Part shown: one piece after another, positions 1 to 12,000 of the stretch | Layout of the letters: each line of letters starts with the position of its first letter | How positions within the stretch are numbered: the stretch's first letter is position 1 | Source: Lachnospiraceae bacterium | GTDB lineage: Bacteria > Bacillota > Clostridia > Lachnospirales > Lachnospiraceae | Length of the DNA stretch: 64,000 bases | Reading direction: 5' to 3' | Assembly (NCBI GenBank): GCA_029067085.1 | Contig: JAIEFE010000015.1 | Location: 55,633-119,632 of the forward strand | Notes under the pieces: generated by a model | Seen by the model: only the letters and a program-made list of their open reading frames with translations | What the model was told of the DNA's origin: nothing | Database searches by the model: none | Position numbers and translations under genes: made by a program

Positions 1-3000
1 TTTCCGTTACATACCACCGTGACGATGACCGCGCCGTCTCCTACTTTCAGCAAGGTACTTACCGTGCTTTCGCCTGTCGTGCCATTTGCCGAATCAGAAC
101 CTGCGCCTGCCATGCCCGGCAGGTTTCCTGTGGTGATGCCGCCGTCTCCGGTACTGCCGCCGCCTGTGATGTTTCCACCGTCTATGACGATCTTACCGTC
201 TATGATGGTCCCCGGTATGATCGGTACATCATCGCTGATCGGCGGAGTACCGTCTTCGGGATTTGTGCCATCGCCGGGCTTTGTATCGTCGTCTGGCTTC
301 GTGCCATCGCCGGGTTTGGTATCGTCACCGGGTTTGGTGCCGTCGCCGGGTTTGGTGTCGTCGCCGGGCTTCTTGTCATCGCCGGGTTTGGTATCGTCGC
401 CGGGCTTCGTGCCGTCGCCGGGGGTAGTTCCATCGTCCGGATTGGTGTCGTCACCGGGATCTGTATCGCCGCCGGGGTTAGAGCCGTCATCAGGATCTTT
501 ATCGCCGCCGGGTTTTGTGCCGCCACCCGGTTTACCGCTTCCGGCTTTCTTCTTCACACCCTCTACTGTAACGGTCTGGTCTTCCATGATATTCGTAATG
601 GTATAGGTATCGTCCTCTGTCAGTTCGACCACAACGCCGTTTACTTTCACGGCAAATTTATCGGTCTTCTCATAGCCATCCAGCAGCTCAAATTTGAAGG
701 TAAAGCTGCCGCCCAATTTCACGGGGCTTACGCTGCCTTCCTCTGCGGTCAGTTTGTAGCCTGCGCCGGTCTTTAAGGTCACCAGACGCCCTTCGCTGTA
801 GCAGGCGTATACGGTCATATCCTCTGTGATCTTTTCGATTCTGAAATCAATGGGGACATTTCCGTCTTCATCCTTACACCACTCGCCTGCAAGAACCTGA
901 TTACCAGCGTCCTTCTTAGGCGGTACGGTCGGAACCGGTGACAGTTTCTTTCCGTAATACACCTTTACTTCCTGATATTTCGCACCGTTTGCCATGAAGG
1001 TCACGGTCAGTTGGAAGTTGTCCACGCTAACATCCCCGCTGGGCTTGCTGGCAAAACTGCTGTCAGTAGCGCTCACGCGCACCTTATAGGTTTCGGGCGC
1101 ATCCAGTCCTTTGATCACGCCGTTTGCGTCGGTGGTCATCGTCTCCCACGTCTCGCCGTCCGTGGAAACATCATACGCGGTATTTGGCTTCAGGTCTTTC
1201 AGCTTCGCAAGCTCGGTCGGGTTATTCCGGTCTACGTCCACGCCTGTGGGTGTCGGCGCATCGGGCCTTAAAGGGATATTAAGTTCCTGTGCGGGGCTCA
1301 TGGTCCTGTCTTTATTGTTCCCGCATCTTACGATATAGAAGCCCTTGCCCAGCCATTCCTCCTTAATGGGGATGGTGCCGTCCGCGCCTGCCGTAAGGGT
1401 CAGCACGGTGGGGTCGGGCGCTTCTTCGTCCTCTCCGCCGCCGGTCTCTCCGTCTCCTTCTTCGTCCTCCTCCACGATCGGGCCGCCGTAGGTCGTCAGC
1501 TCATAGACCGCCCCCGGTTCAAACCCTTTCAGGACTTCCAGTCTGTACTCGATCTTCGCATCCGGTATCTCGTAAGGCGTTGCCGGTGTCTCCTCTACGG
1601 TCACTGCCGTCGGCTCACTCTTAAAGTTCTGCCCTTCCACAGCCTTTACGCGTATCTGATAGTCTCCCGCAGCCAGTCCCGTGATCTGGGTGCCGGTAAA
1701 GACAGCGTTCTTCCACGTCTTTCCGCCGTCCGCCGATATCTCATAGGTGGCTTCGGGTGCCGGTGCCGTCAGGGTGATCGTGCCGTCCTTTGCGCCGGGA
1801 TAGCTTGCGTTTGCCGCGCTCAGTTCCGGCGCAGCCGGGCGCGCCGGGATGTCTCTTTCCTGCGCCGTGCTGTTCACGGTGGTGGAGCGGTTGCCGGGCA
1901 TCACGACCGTAACAACCGTATCAAACCAGCTCTCACTTATGGCAACGCTCCCCGTCTGGTCGGTCTCCAGATTCATATCGTTGATGATGTATACGGTATT
2001 CGGCTCTAAGCCGGTCAGCTTCTCCGCTACATAGCCGATGCCTGCCCGGGGCGTCGCCTCCCTGCTCTTTAGTCTGATCGTCACGGTCTTTGTGGCGGTA
2101 TTGCCCGCCTGATCGATGGCCGTTATGGTAACGCTGACTCTTGTTGCTCCCGCTATCGCTGTTGTCTCCGTGTCCGGAATGGTAAACGTATCCTGCGTGA
2201 CGATTGCGGTGTTATAATCCTTATCCACGGTCTTTTCCGCGCCGCTGCCGACCTTGTATTTCACGGAAGCCAAGCCGGAAGCGATCAGGCTGCCGTCCCC
2301 TGTGCCGCCTTCTCCCGTGATGCCGTATCCCATGCCGTCGTCGGTAAGCTGTACCACGAGTCCGGGCGCGTTGTCGTAGGGGGTATCTAAAAGTGCGGTG
2401 CCTTCCGGTCTGGTTGTCTCCGGCTCCGAGGGAAGGCGGTCCGCCAGAACGGTGATCTGTGGTGCGTTATCTTCCACGATCACGCCATTTATTCCGTTGC
2501 CGTCCGTACCGATGGTCTTTTCACCCGCCATGTTTCCGGCTTTATCGCTGCCTGTGATCTTCACCGTGCCCTTGAAATCCGGCGCAACGCTGATGGTCGC
2601 CATGTAACCCGCGCTCTGGCTTCCGCTCACTTTCGCGGTTCCCGCGATGGTATCCGCTGTGCTGTCGTCAGGTGTCAGGATATATTCCACGGTATCCACG
2701 CCGCTTAGTCTCTCTGTCACGGGGATCGTGATGATAAGGCTGTCTTTTCTGATGATCCAGTTCCAGAGGTTCTTATGCCCCTGCTGATAGGTCGCTTCGC
2801 CAAAGGACGGTCCTGTCTGATCCAGCTTTGCGGTCAGCTTTGCTTCTGTCTCCTTGCCTGCGGCGTCCACCGCCTTGAAGGTATAAGTGTGTTCTCCTTC
2901 CGTAAGATCTGTAAAGATATACTGGTATCTCGTATTGCCTGCCCCGTCTTTACCGTTTTCCGTACCGAGTTCTCCTTCTATCTGCGTATAAGCCGCTTCG

Positions 3001-6000
3001 CTGTCCTTTTTGACATACAGCTTGGTCACTTCCTCATTATCGGAATATGTCAGTACGACTGCAAGGCTGTTGTACCACTCCTTCTCACTCACTGCCGCCC
3101 TTGCGCTGTCTGTGAGCTGGGCGGTGAGCGCCGGACTTTCGTCATCTGTCCACTTCGCGTAGAGGGTAAGCCCGGGCGCATCCCCGGTCGTGGAAACGCC
3201 GTTTGCGTCGTTTAAGGCATGGGCGCCTGTCTCGTTCTTAAAATTCCATCTGTTATTTAATTCTGCTTCCTGATACCATCCCTCAACGGCGTAGCCCTCC
3301 TTCACCGGGTCTTTCGGTCTGGTAACGGTATCGTTCCATGAAAGTCCCGTTATGGGTGCAAGTTCACTGCCGCCGTTTGTGTCAAAGGTAATAGTCAGCG
3401 GTGTTCCTTCCTCGATCTGTGCCAGAATATGCTGTCCGTGGGGCGCACCGTCATTTGCGCCTGTGCTGTTTGCCCTTGCTTTCACGCGCACAAGGATCTC
3501 GCCCGCCGGAAGGTTTTCCATCACGCCGCCCGTGAGATCGCCTGTCTGCACCGTTGTCCATGTCCTGCCGCCGTCTTTGCTGTACTCCATCGTCGTGTCA
3601 AGATTATGGATCTTGCCGTCCTGCTTCCCTTTGATCGTCTCATCGGTCTTTGTCACACCGGGAGCATCCGGGCGTACATTGAGCGTGATCTGCACATCGT
3701 CGCTGTCCAGAGTGGTTTTGGCATTATCTGTCTTTCTATAGATAGAAAGGTCGGAGCCAAACCACGCTTCTTTTATTGCAATGCTGCCGTCCGCCTCTGC
3801 ACTGACATCCTCGCCGCCGATGTTGTACTTTGCGTTCGCTGTCAGTCCTGTCAGTTTCTCGTTTATGTAATCGACAGTGGGTGCCGGAAGCGGCATTTTC
3901 CCTTTGATGTGGAGCGTTACCGCATACTCCGTCTCGTTGCCTGCCTGGTCTGTGGCTGTAATGGTCACTTTGACCGTACCTGTACTGCCCTCCAGTCCGC
4001 CGATGGTAAAGCTGTGCGTAGTCAGCGGTCCGTTACTGCCAGCGCCGAGGTAATCTGCGCCCACCGGGTTCTCCGCTCCGTCACCGATCCTCCAAGAAAT
4101 GGAAGCCAGTCCTGCCGCAGTCTCTCCGCCGTCTAAGTCTTCATCTTTTACCGTCACAAACAGTCCGGGCGCGGAATTGTAGTAGTTATCCGTATCCACA
4201 TCTTTACCGTTTGCCGCAGAAGACGCCGTTGCTGTCGCGTCGTTTATACCGCGGTCAGCCTTGACGGTGACTACCGGCGCACTGCTCTCCACGATCACGC
4301 CTTCTATACCGGTGCCGCTCGCACCGATCTGCATGATGACCGGTCCGTTTCCGGCTATATCCGTGGCTTTGATCTCCACACTGCCCTTAAAAGTCTTCTG
4401 GATAGTGATCGTCGCCGTGTAACCCTTGGTCTGGTCGCCGCTTATCTTAGCGGTTCCCGTAGTTGCTGTGCCGCTTTCCGGAGTGAGGGTATATGTCACG
4501 CCATTACTTCCTATGCCGCTGCCACTCTCCGTCACGGGGATCGTGATGGTCAGGCTTTCTTTTCTGATGATCCAGTCCCAGAGGTGCTTGTAGCCTTCAC
4601 TGAAAGCAGCTTCGCCAAATACAGGCGCAGTCTTATCCCACTTTGCGGTCACGGTTTTTTCGGTCGAATTGCCTGCGGCGTCCACCACCTTAAAGGTGTA
4701 GGTGTGTGTTCCTTCTTCCAGATCATCATATTTATATGTATATGATTGGTTAGCCGCGCCATTGCCAATGCCGTTTCCGGTAAGTTCTGTATAGGAGCCG
4801 CTGTCCTTCTTGCCATACAGCTTCGTTACTCCCACGTTGTCGGAATACGTCAGGTTGATCGAAAGATCCGGATACCACTTACTTGTATCCGTAAGCGTAT
4901 TGTTACTGCCATCCTTCAGCACAGGGGTAAGTGTGGGCGCAACGTTCTCCCGCCATCCGGCATAGAGGGTGACTTTATAAACTTTGTTTGCTGTATCATA
5001 ATGCTTTTCATACTCTGTCCTGTCGGTGCCGAGAAGCTCCCCGACGATCTGTGCATTATCCGTACCATCAAAACGCCATGCCTTGTCTGTACTGCCGCCC
5101 GGCTGATAATCGGACGGAAGCCTATACCAGCCCATGAACTCATAGCCCGATCTAGAAGGTTCCGAGGGTTTATCCAGTGTTCTCTTATAGCCGTAGCCGT
5201 CCTTGGTGGTGTAGAAATCCGTACTCCCGCCGCCACGGTTCCAGTCATACTGTACCGTGATCGTACCGGTGCCGGGTTTAATGTTCTGTGTACTCTGCTT
5301 TCCGTGAGGATAGCCGTTATTCGCGCTGTCTGAGGTATTCGCCTTTGCCTTCGCCCGAAGCAGGATATCGCCTTTTGGCAGGTTCGTGATAGTGCCGTTT
5401 TCCGGCACCTCTTTCCAGTTCTTCCCATCATCGGTGCTGTACTCCCATGTATAGCTATTCCCCGAATCGATGGTCATATTGATCTGCGCGTCATCTGCGT
5501 CCTGCAGAAGCTCCGGTATCACTGTCGCTTTACCATCCTCTAACTGGTCCGGGCGCTCATTGATCGTAAGTGACTGCGCCGCAGAATCCTCCGTATTTGT
5601 GCCGTCACCTTTCTTCACGATTGAGACGGTCTTACCGCAGATATCTTTCGTACTGCCTCCTGAAATCGGCAGTTCAAAAGGAATCATGCCCTGTCCGTCC
5701 GTAGTTACGTTGTAGGTCGTGCCATCCACTGTAAGTGCATACTGTGTATCCGGCGCAAGGTGCGCGATCGCGTCCGCCGGGTAGTCGCAGACGGCTGCCG
5801 GGGTCTGCTCTGCTACTTTACTCCCTTCGGGACCTTTGATCTTGATGGTAGCACTCTCTGTCGTGACGTGTCCGGCTTTATCCGTAACCTCCAGCGTTAC
5901 GGTGTTCACACCTGTGTAGGTAGCTAAATCAGGTATATAGACAGCATATTGTGCTGTCCCCGACGAATAAGACGTCTTTTTAATCTCTTTTCCGTTTATA

Positions 6001-9000
6001 AGCCAGCGATAAGACGAAATATTAAAATTATCGGTAATACTCGCCCAAATTCTGGTAATGTTCTTCTCACTCAGGTAATCCGTTGTATACCACTTATCTT
6101 CTTCCAATGGTTCACGATAGTTATTGTCTCCGGATGTATTGTTGGCTTTATCATCACCCAGATAAATCTTTCCATTCGAAGTATCTCTGACCACCGGCGG
6201 CGTGGTATCCACCAGCACTTCCCCGATATCACCCACCGACACTGTATTGCCCGCCTGATCAAAGAGGGTCATGTCGGTGATCGTGCCGCGCCAGTTCTCA
6301 GGCAGTGTGATTTTGACTGTGCCGTCCTCGCCCTGTCCTAACAGATTCACCGTCACTGTCTGTGAGCCGCCGTCCGGTTCGCCGTCCCTATTTAGCGTGG
6401 TCTTCTTATACGTTAGCTTCCAAAGTCCGCTGGATACGTTTACTCCCTCACCCGGCTTATCCTGTACCGCAATGCTGATAGTCGGAATTTCCCCGAAAAC
6501 CTTTATTTCATGATAGCCAGCGACACCACCTGTCGTATCTAGAATGTAATCGCCATTTGTGTATTTTGTAACCGGCGCTACGCTGTAGGTAATATTGCCA
6601 AACGTGGGCAGGGTCCTGTCGAGCCTTATCCGCTCCGACCTTTCCGACATATTACCGGCTTTATCCCACGCTCGGTACTGATAAATATGGTCTCCTTCTA
6701 TAAGACCTGTCATCTTATCTCTTATCCAGATTTCACCATTATAAGCGGCATACAGATTGATATTTGTGTCCATCTTTTGCCCAGCAGTTTGCGCAAATGG
6801 TTTTTCTCCTAAGCTCTGACCTTCCCGCAAAATCTCATATTTGTCATAATCCCCGTCGTCATGCCAAGTGACACCATAACATAATATATCCTTATACCAA
6901 TGTACACCATTAATTGTTTGACCACTAGAATTACTGGTAGTACTATGCAGATACTCTGGCGCCTGTATATCCAGCCACCTTGCATAGTACGTCATATCCG
7001 CTGCCGCCGTCTCCGGGATCGAGGTATACCGCGTGCCTGTGTAGTTTTCGTTCGTGTACCAGCCATCGAAAGTAAAGCCACTCACACCGTCGGGAAGTGT
7101 CGGCATGGGCAGGGTCATATTCTGTCCGTAGGTGTAGCTTTTATAGTCCTCATCCGCCTCGTATGGCGTCTCCTGATACAAATCCTCACGACCCCAAATT
7201 GGGTTATACTCTTTCTTCTGCGGCACTCCCAGATGATAGGTCACCTGATAGTTGACCGCCGTCCACTTCGCATAGAGCGTCGTGTCGGTGCGTATCTGTG
7301 TCTGGTTGGCAAAGTCAAATGCTTTCGTGCACGCCGCGTCGGTGTACCAGCCGCCGAATTCATAGCCTGTGCGGGTGGGGTCAGCAGGTTTTGTCAGCTT
7401 ACAGTCCACCGATGTGCTTGTGGATGTGCTCGCCTGTTGCGTCCACACAAGCTGGTCCGCCACCGTGCTGCCGCCCTGACTGTCGAAGGTCACCTTGCGC
7501 ACATAGTAGGTCCAGTAATACTTCGTCCCCCAAGAGTTGGGCTTGAAATAAAAACGGTTCGTGCCGGTGGTCTTGAAGTTATTAAGCGTTACCAGACCAT
7601 ACCTTGGTCCGGATCCGTCGTATCCGCTATACGTCCATCCCGCACTTTCCGTCCCTGTGGCGGTCACTTCCCCGCCGGAAGGACCGAACCATATCTTAAA
7701 AACCATTTTAAGCCCGTCCGCTGCCGGCTGGCTTGCTGCCGGTCCGCTGATCGTCCCGCTTCCCTTATTGGAATCTTTCTTGATGGGCGTAGCTATATAT
7801 GCGGTGTTAAATCCGTCCCCATGCCTCCAGCCTTCCTTCACGTTGCCCGCCTTATCAGTCACCCTGCAGTAGAGGTAATAAGTGCCGTTGTCTGTCAGGT
7901 TAATGACCGCGCTGCCGCTTGCAACCGTCTGGGAGCCGAGGCTTGTGAAGCTTGTCGGTTTCTCAAACTTCGTCGTAAAGGCATACTCCACCGATTTTAT
8001 GCCGCTGGCAGGACCTTCCGCTCCCGCTTCGTCCTGGTAGGTAAGGGTCACGGGTACCGTGCTGTCGTTATACCAGCCGCTGACCTTGCTTGTTGCATTG
8101 ACTGTTGCGGTCAATGTCGGTGCGGTCACGTCAATCCCCGTCACTTCCACGCTGTATACTTCGCTCACGTTCCCTACATTGTCGGTCAGTCTGACCTTGT
8201 AAGTCCCGGTCTTATTTACAGTAATGCTGTTACCTGTAAAAGTCGTCCAGCCGCTGTCGCCGTCGCGCTGGTACTCCCGTGTCTTAATACCGCTGCCGCT
8301 TTTTCCTGTCACGCCCTTTTCGTTATACTGCGTGGTCAGGTCGTCTGTCGCGCCTGTGAGGGTCACGGTCTTTGTCCCCGCATAGCCTGCCGGAGCGACG
8401 GTCAGTTTTTCCAGTGTGGGCGCTTCCCCGTCAATGTTGTTGACTACTACGGCCGCCGACGCGAAATCGCCGTTTTTGTCCGAGAGGCTCACTATGTACA
8501 TACCGTTTGTCTGCACCGTAAAAGCGCCCGTGTCGCCTGTCTTCTTTCCGGTCAGGTTCTCGCTGCCCACGTTCACTCTACAGTCTCCCGCGCCTCCGTT
8601 TGTGACCGTCCATGTGAGGGTCACGTCTCCTTTTATCCAATTCCCGCCGGAAGGAGACGCCGTCAGCGTGATCGCCGGTTTTTGGTCCGCCGCCGGTTCT
8701 TTGACGACCTTATAGGCTTTGGAGCTTGCCGTGAAGGTGTTGCCCGCGTTGTCCGTCACTTTTACATGCAGATATTTCGTGGTCTGCGTAGTTTCTGTCG
8801 CCGTATATTCGAGTCTGTATCTGCCGTCCGCCAGTTTGTCGCTCTCAACCGCCGTCGTCCAGCCGGAAGCCGGGGCGAGAGCGGATGTGGTGAAGGCATA
8901 CTGCACCGATTTCACGCCGGAGTCTGCGTCCGCCGCCTTTGCGGTCATGGTCAGCGTATGGTAGACGGCGTCGGTGCCGCCCGCCTCCGTCAGGGTGGCG

Positions 9001-12000
9001 GCAGGGTTTACCTTGTCAATCTTTTCCACCGCGATATCCTTCGCCACCGTCTCCCCGTTTGAGGTCAGGACAAAGGTGTACACGCCGTTCGTCTGCGCCG
9101 CGTAGGTCGTGGCGGTATTTGACAGCGTCTGTGTGGTCCCGTCGGGCTTTGTCACTGTCACGGATGCGCCCGCGGGCTTTCTGGTAATATTGATGGTCCT
9201 GCTCTGGTTCGTCCACGAAGTGTTATCCGTGGCAACGGTCAGCTCCGGCAGCGGGAACTTAGGGCTCTCCGGCGTGCCGAAATCAAACACGCTGCTGCAT
9301 TCGTAGGCGGACGCGCCCGTGCCCTCGTAGGTGGCGAGGGCATGGAGGTACCACTTGCCGGATGCCTGTCTGGTGGTCACTGTGTCGCCGCTCCTGCACG
9401 TAAACCAGCCCGCCGCAGGCATGGTCTGGCTCTGGCTCCACGCATACTGCAGGGTGTCCGCGTTGGTGGCGGTGATCCTGCCCGAAGCGGTGCCGTTTGT
9501 CAGGCTCGTGTTCGTGATCGCCACCGTAGGCTGTTTCGTGTCCACCGTCACGCTTGTGCTGCCCGTGCCCGCCGACTGCGTGCCTGATGTATTGTCACAC
9601 AGATCCTTGATCTTATTCGCGCCGGTGATACTGTTCACGGTGATCTTACCCGGTGCGTTTGCCGGCACCGTCCCCTTGAAGACCAGGACGTTGGTGTCCG
9701 CGCCGCCCACGTAGGTAAAGTCTCCCCAGTTGGTCTTCGCCACCAGACCGCTCAGTCCTCCCGCCTTATTGCTGTTCGTGCTGTCCACGATCTCGTCAAA
9801 GACGAGGGAGATGGTGACCTCGTCGCCCTGCTTGTAGGCGCCGCCCGCCATGGGCGCAACGCCCAGAAGCTGGGGTTCCCTCGTGTCGATCAGGATGCGG
9901 TATTCGGTGATGCTGTCGATCCGCCAGACATCATCCTTATTGCCGCAGGCAGCGAAGTGCATATACGCCGTCTCCCCTGTGCCGAACACCATGTACTTCT
10001 GGCCGTTATAGGTATAGGTAGAGCCTCTTTCATTGCAGCCCTGCATCCCATTTACGCCCGCGCTGCCGGGCATATAGAGGGTGCCTGTGTAATTGGTGTC
10101 AAAGTACCCCGCCCATTTCTGGCTGCCCACCTCTAAGGGGCTTGCGCCGTTTTTGTTCGATACCTCCGTTTTGCCCGTGGGTGCGGGCGCAGTTCCCACC
10201 CAGAGGTGTCCCCAGCCGTTATCAATCTCGGACTGCTTCATCTCATAGCGGTAGCCCCAGCCGTCGGCGGGATTTTTGCTGTCCAGGAAATATGCCTTCT
10301 CCTTATCCGTGCCCGGCATGACCTGGTGGTAGCGGGGGAGGTTGAAGGGGTTGCTCTTGTGGCCCTTGTGATTGGTCCTTCCATTATACAAGTTGATGCC
10401 GTTATTCTTGCCGTTGGTCTCGCCGGAGCCGCCGTCCGTGATCTCATACTGATGGCAGCTTCCCCTGTTATCCCATATGGCGTCATTTTTCGCGTTGCCG
10501 CTCTTTGGGGCATACAGGCTGCTGCTGATCGTATAGGAGCCGCTCTTCGCCATGGTGCGGGTGGCTTTGGTCGTGCTCCCCAGCGTGCCGCCGCCCGTGA
10601 CGCGGTAAAGCTCCACCTGATAGGTACGGTCCGCGTTGGAGTAGGCGGTGGCTGTCCTGCCGCCATAGGTGTTCGTCACGCTCTTTTCGGTGACGGTGAT
10701 GGTCTTTGTGGTCTCGCCCTCCTGAAAGGTCAGGGTGGACGCTTTATGGTTAAAGTGGGTGCCGCCCACGGCGGTGCCGTTTACCGTGCGGTAATAGACG
10801 GTCTGCGCGCCCTCCGTGCCGCCTGTCCTCGTTACCGTAAAGGTATTGTTCCCGTTATTTTTGATTGTAAAAACACCGCTGTTCTTCGCGCCGAGCGAAA
10901 ACGAAGCAGGATCGCTATAGTAGCATACAGTCCCCACTTTGGCGTAGGCGCGGGCATAGTAGGTCATGCCCTCCACGATCTCCGTGGTCTTCACCGAGAA
11001 GTTTACGCCCGCTTTCTTGACGGGGGACGCGGTCTTTGCAGTCCCTTGGTTGTAGGTGACCGAAGGGTTTGGCATGATGCCCCAGACGAAGCCGCTCTCC
11101 GTGACGGTCTTGCCGCCGATGGCGGTGAGCTTCGCGGTGAGGGTGAAGGTCTTATCGGTCCCCGGTGTCGCGGTGGGCCTGCTGAACGCAAGGGGGCTTG
11201 TGACCAGCATCATACAGTCCTCCGCTGTCTTATTGCCCGCCTCGTCCTGCGCCGTCACCGTGACCTTGCCGCCGCCGGCTGCCCGCACGTCCGCTACCTT
11301 AGGCAGCGTGTAGGTCACCGTGCAGTCTTTTGTCACGTTGTCGGTGACGGTGAGCGCCTCCTCAAAAAGCTGCTTCATCTGTTCCTGCGTCATGCTCTCC
11401 GTGACCGTAACGGCGGAGAAACCGATGAACGGCGGCTCCCTGTCGATGTTTTCCACCGCCGCCGTGTAGGTCTTCTTCCCCTGCGCCCCGGACGGCTGCT
11501 TATAGGTGACGGTAAAGTCATACGCCCCGTTTTCCGTCACCGTCCGGCTGGCAGGGCTAAACGTGATGCCCGTACAGCCCGATGCATTCGCCACTTTGGG
11601 CGTGACAAGGACGTTTCCGTTTGTCCATGTATCCGGGGAGAGGGTATGGGTGATCTTCGGTCCCAGTATCACCTCCCCGTCTCTGTATTCGAAATCCAGG
11701 GAATCCGACGCAAGGATCGTGCCGTCACTCCCCATCATCAGCCCGTATACGGTATAGGTGCCGTTCGTGGTTCTAAATTCCTCGCGTATTTGCTGCTCCC
11801 CGCTCATGAGGGCTTCAAACTGCCAGGCACCTGCCTTCACGCCCGTCTTCTGGCAGCTTTCGCCCATGACATAACCGCCGCTGTTCCTAATGAAATACTC
11901 CGTATCATACACCGCATTCGAGTCCGTGCCAGTAAACGCCGCCTCCCCTTTGACGACCAGACACGGCCAATCCTTTCGTAAAGACCCTCCCCCTCCTTTG

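Noticed and set aside
5900-6960. AT-rich adhesin patches as a DGR or shufflon target
   Set aside because: No reverse transcriptase, template repeat, invertase or inverted recombination sites are seen in the window.
6900-11981. Long plus-strand ORFs (720 aa at 6900-9062, 591 aa at 10206-11981) and many smaller ones
   Set aside because: They are antisense shadows of the giant minus-strand gene and have no recognisable motifs.
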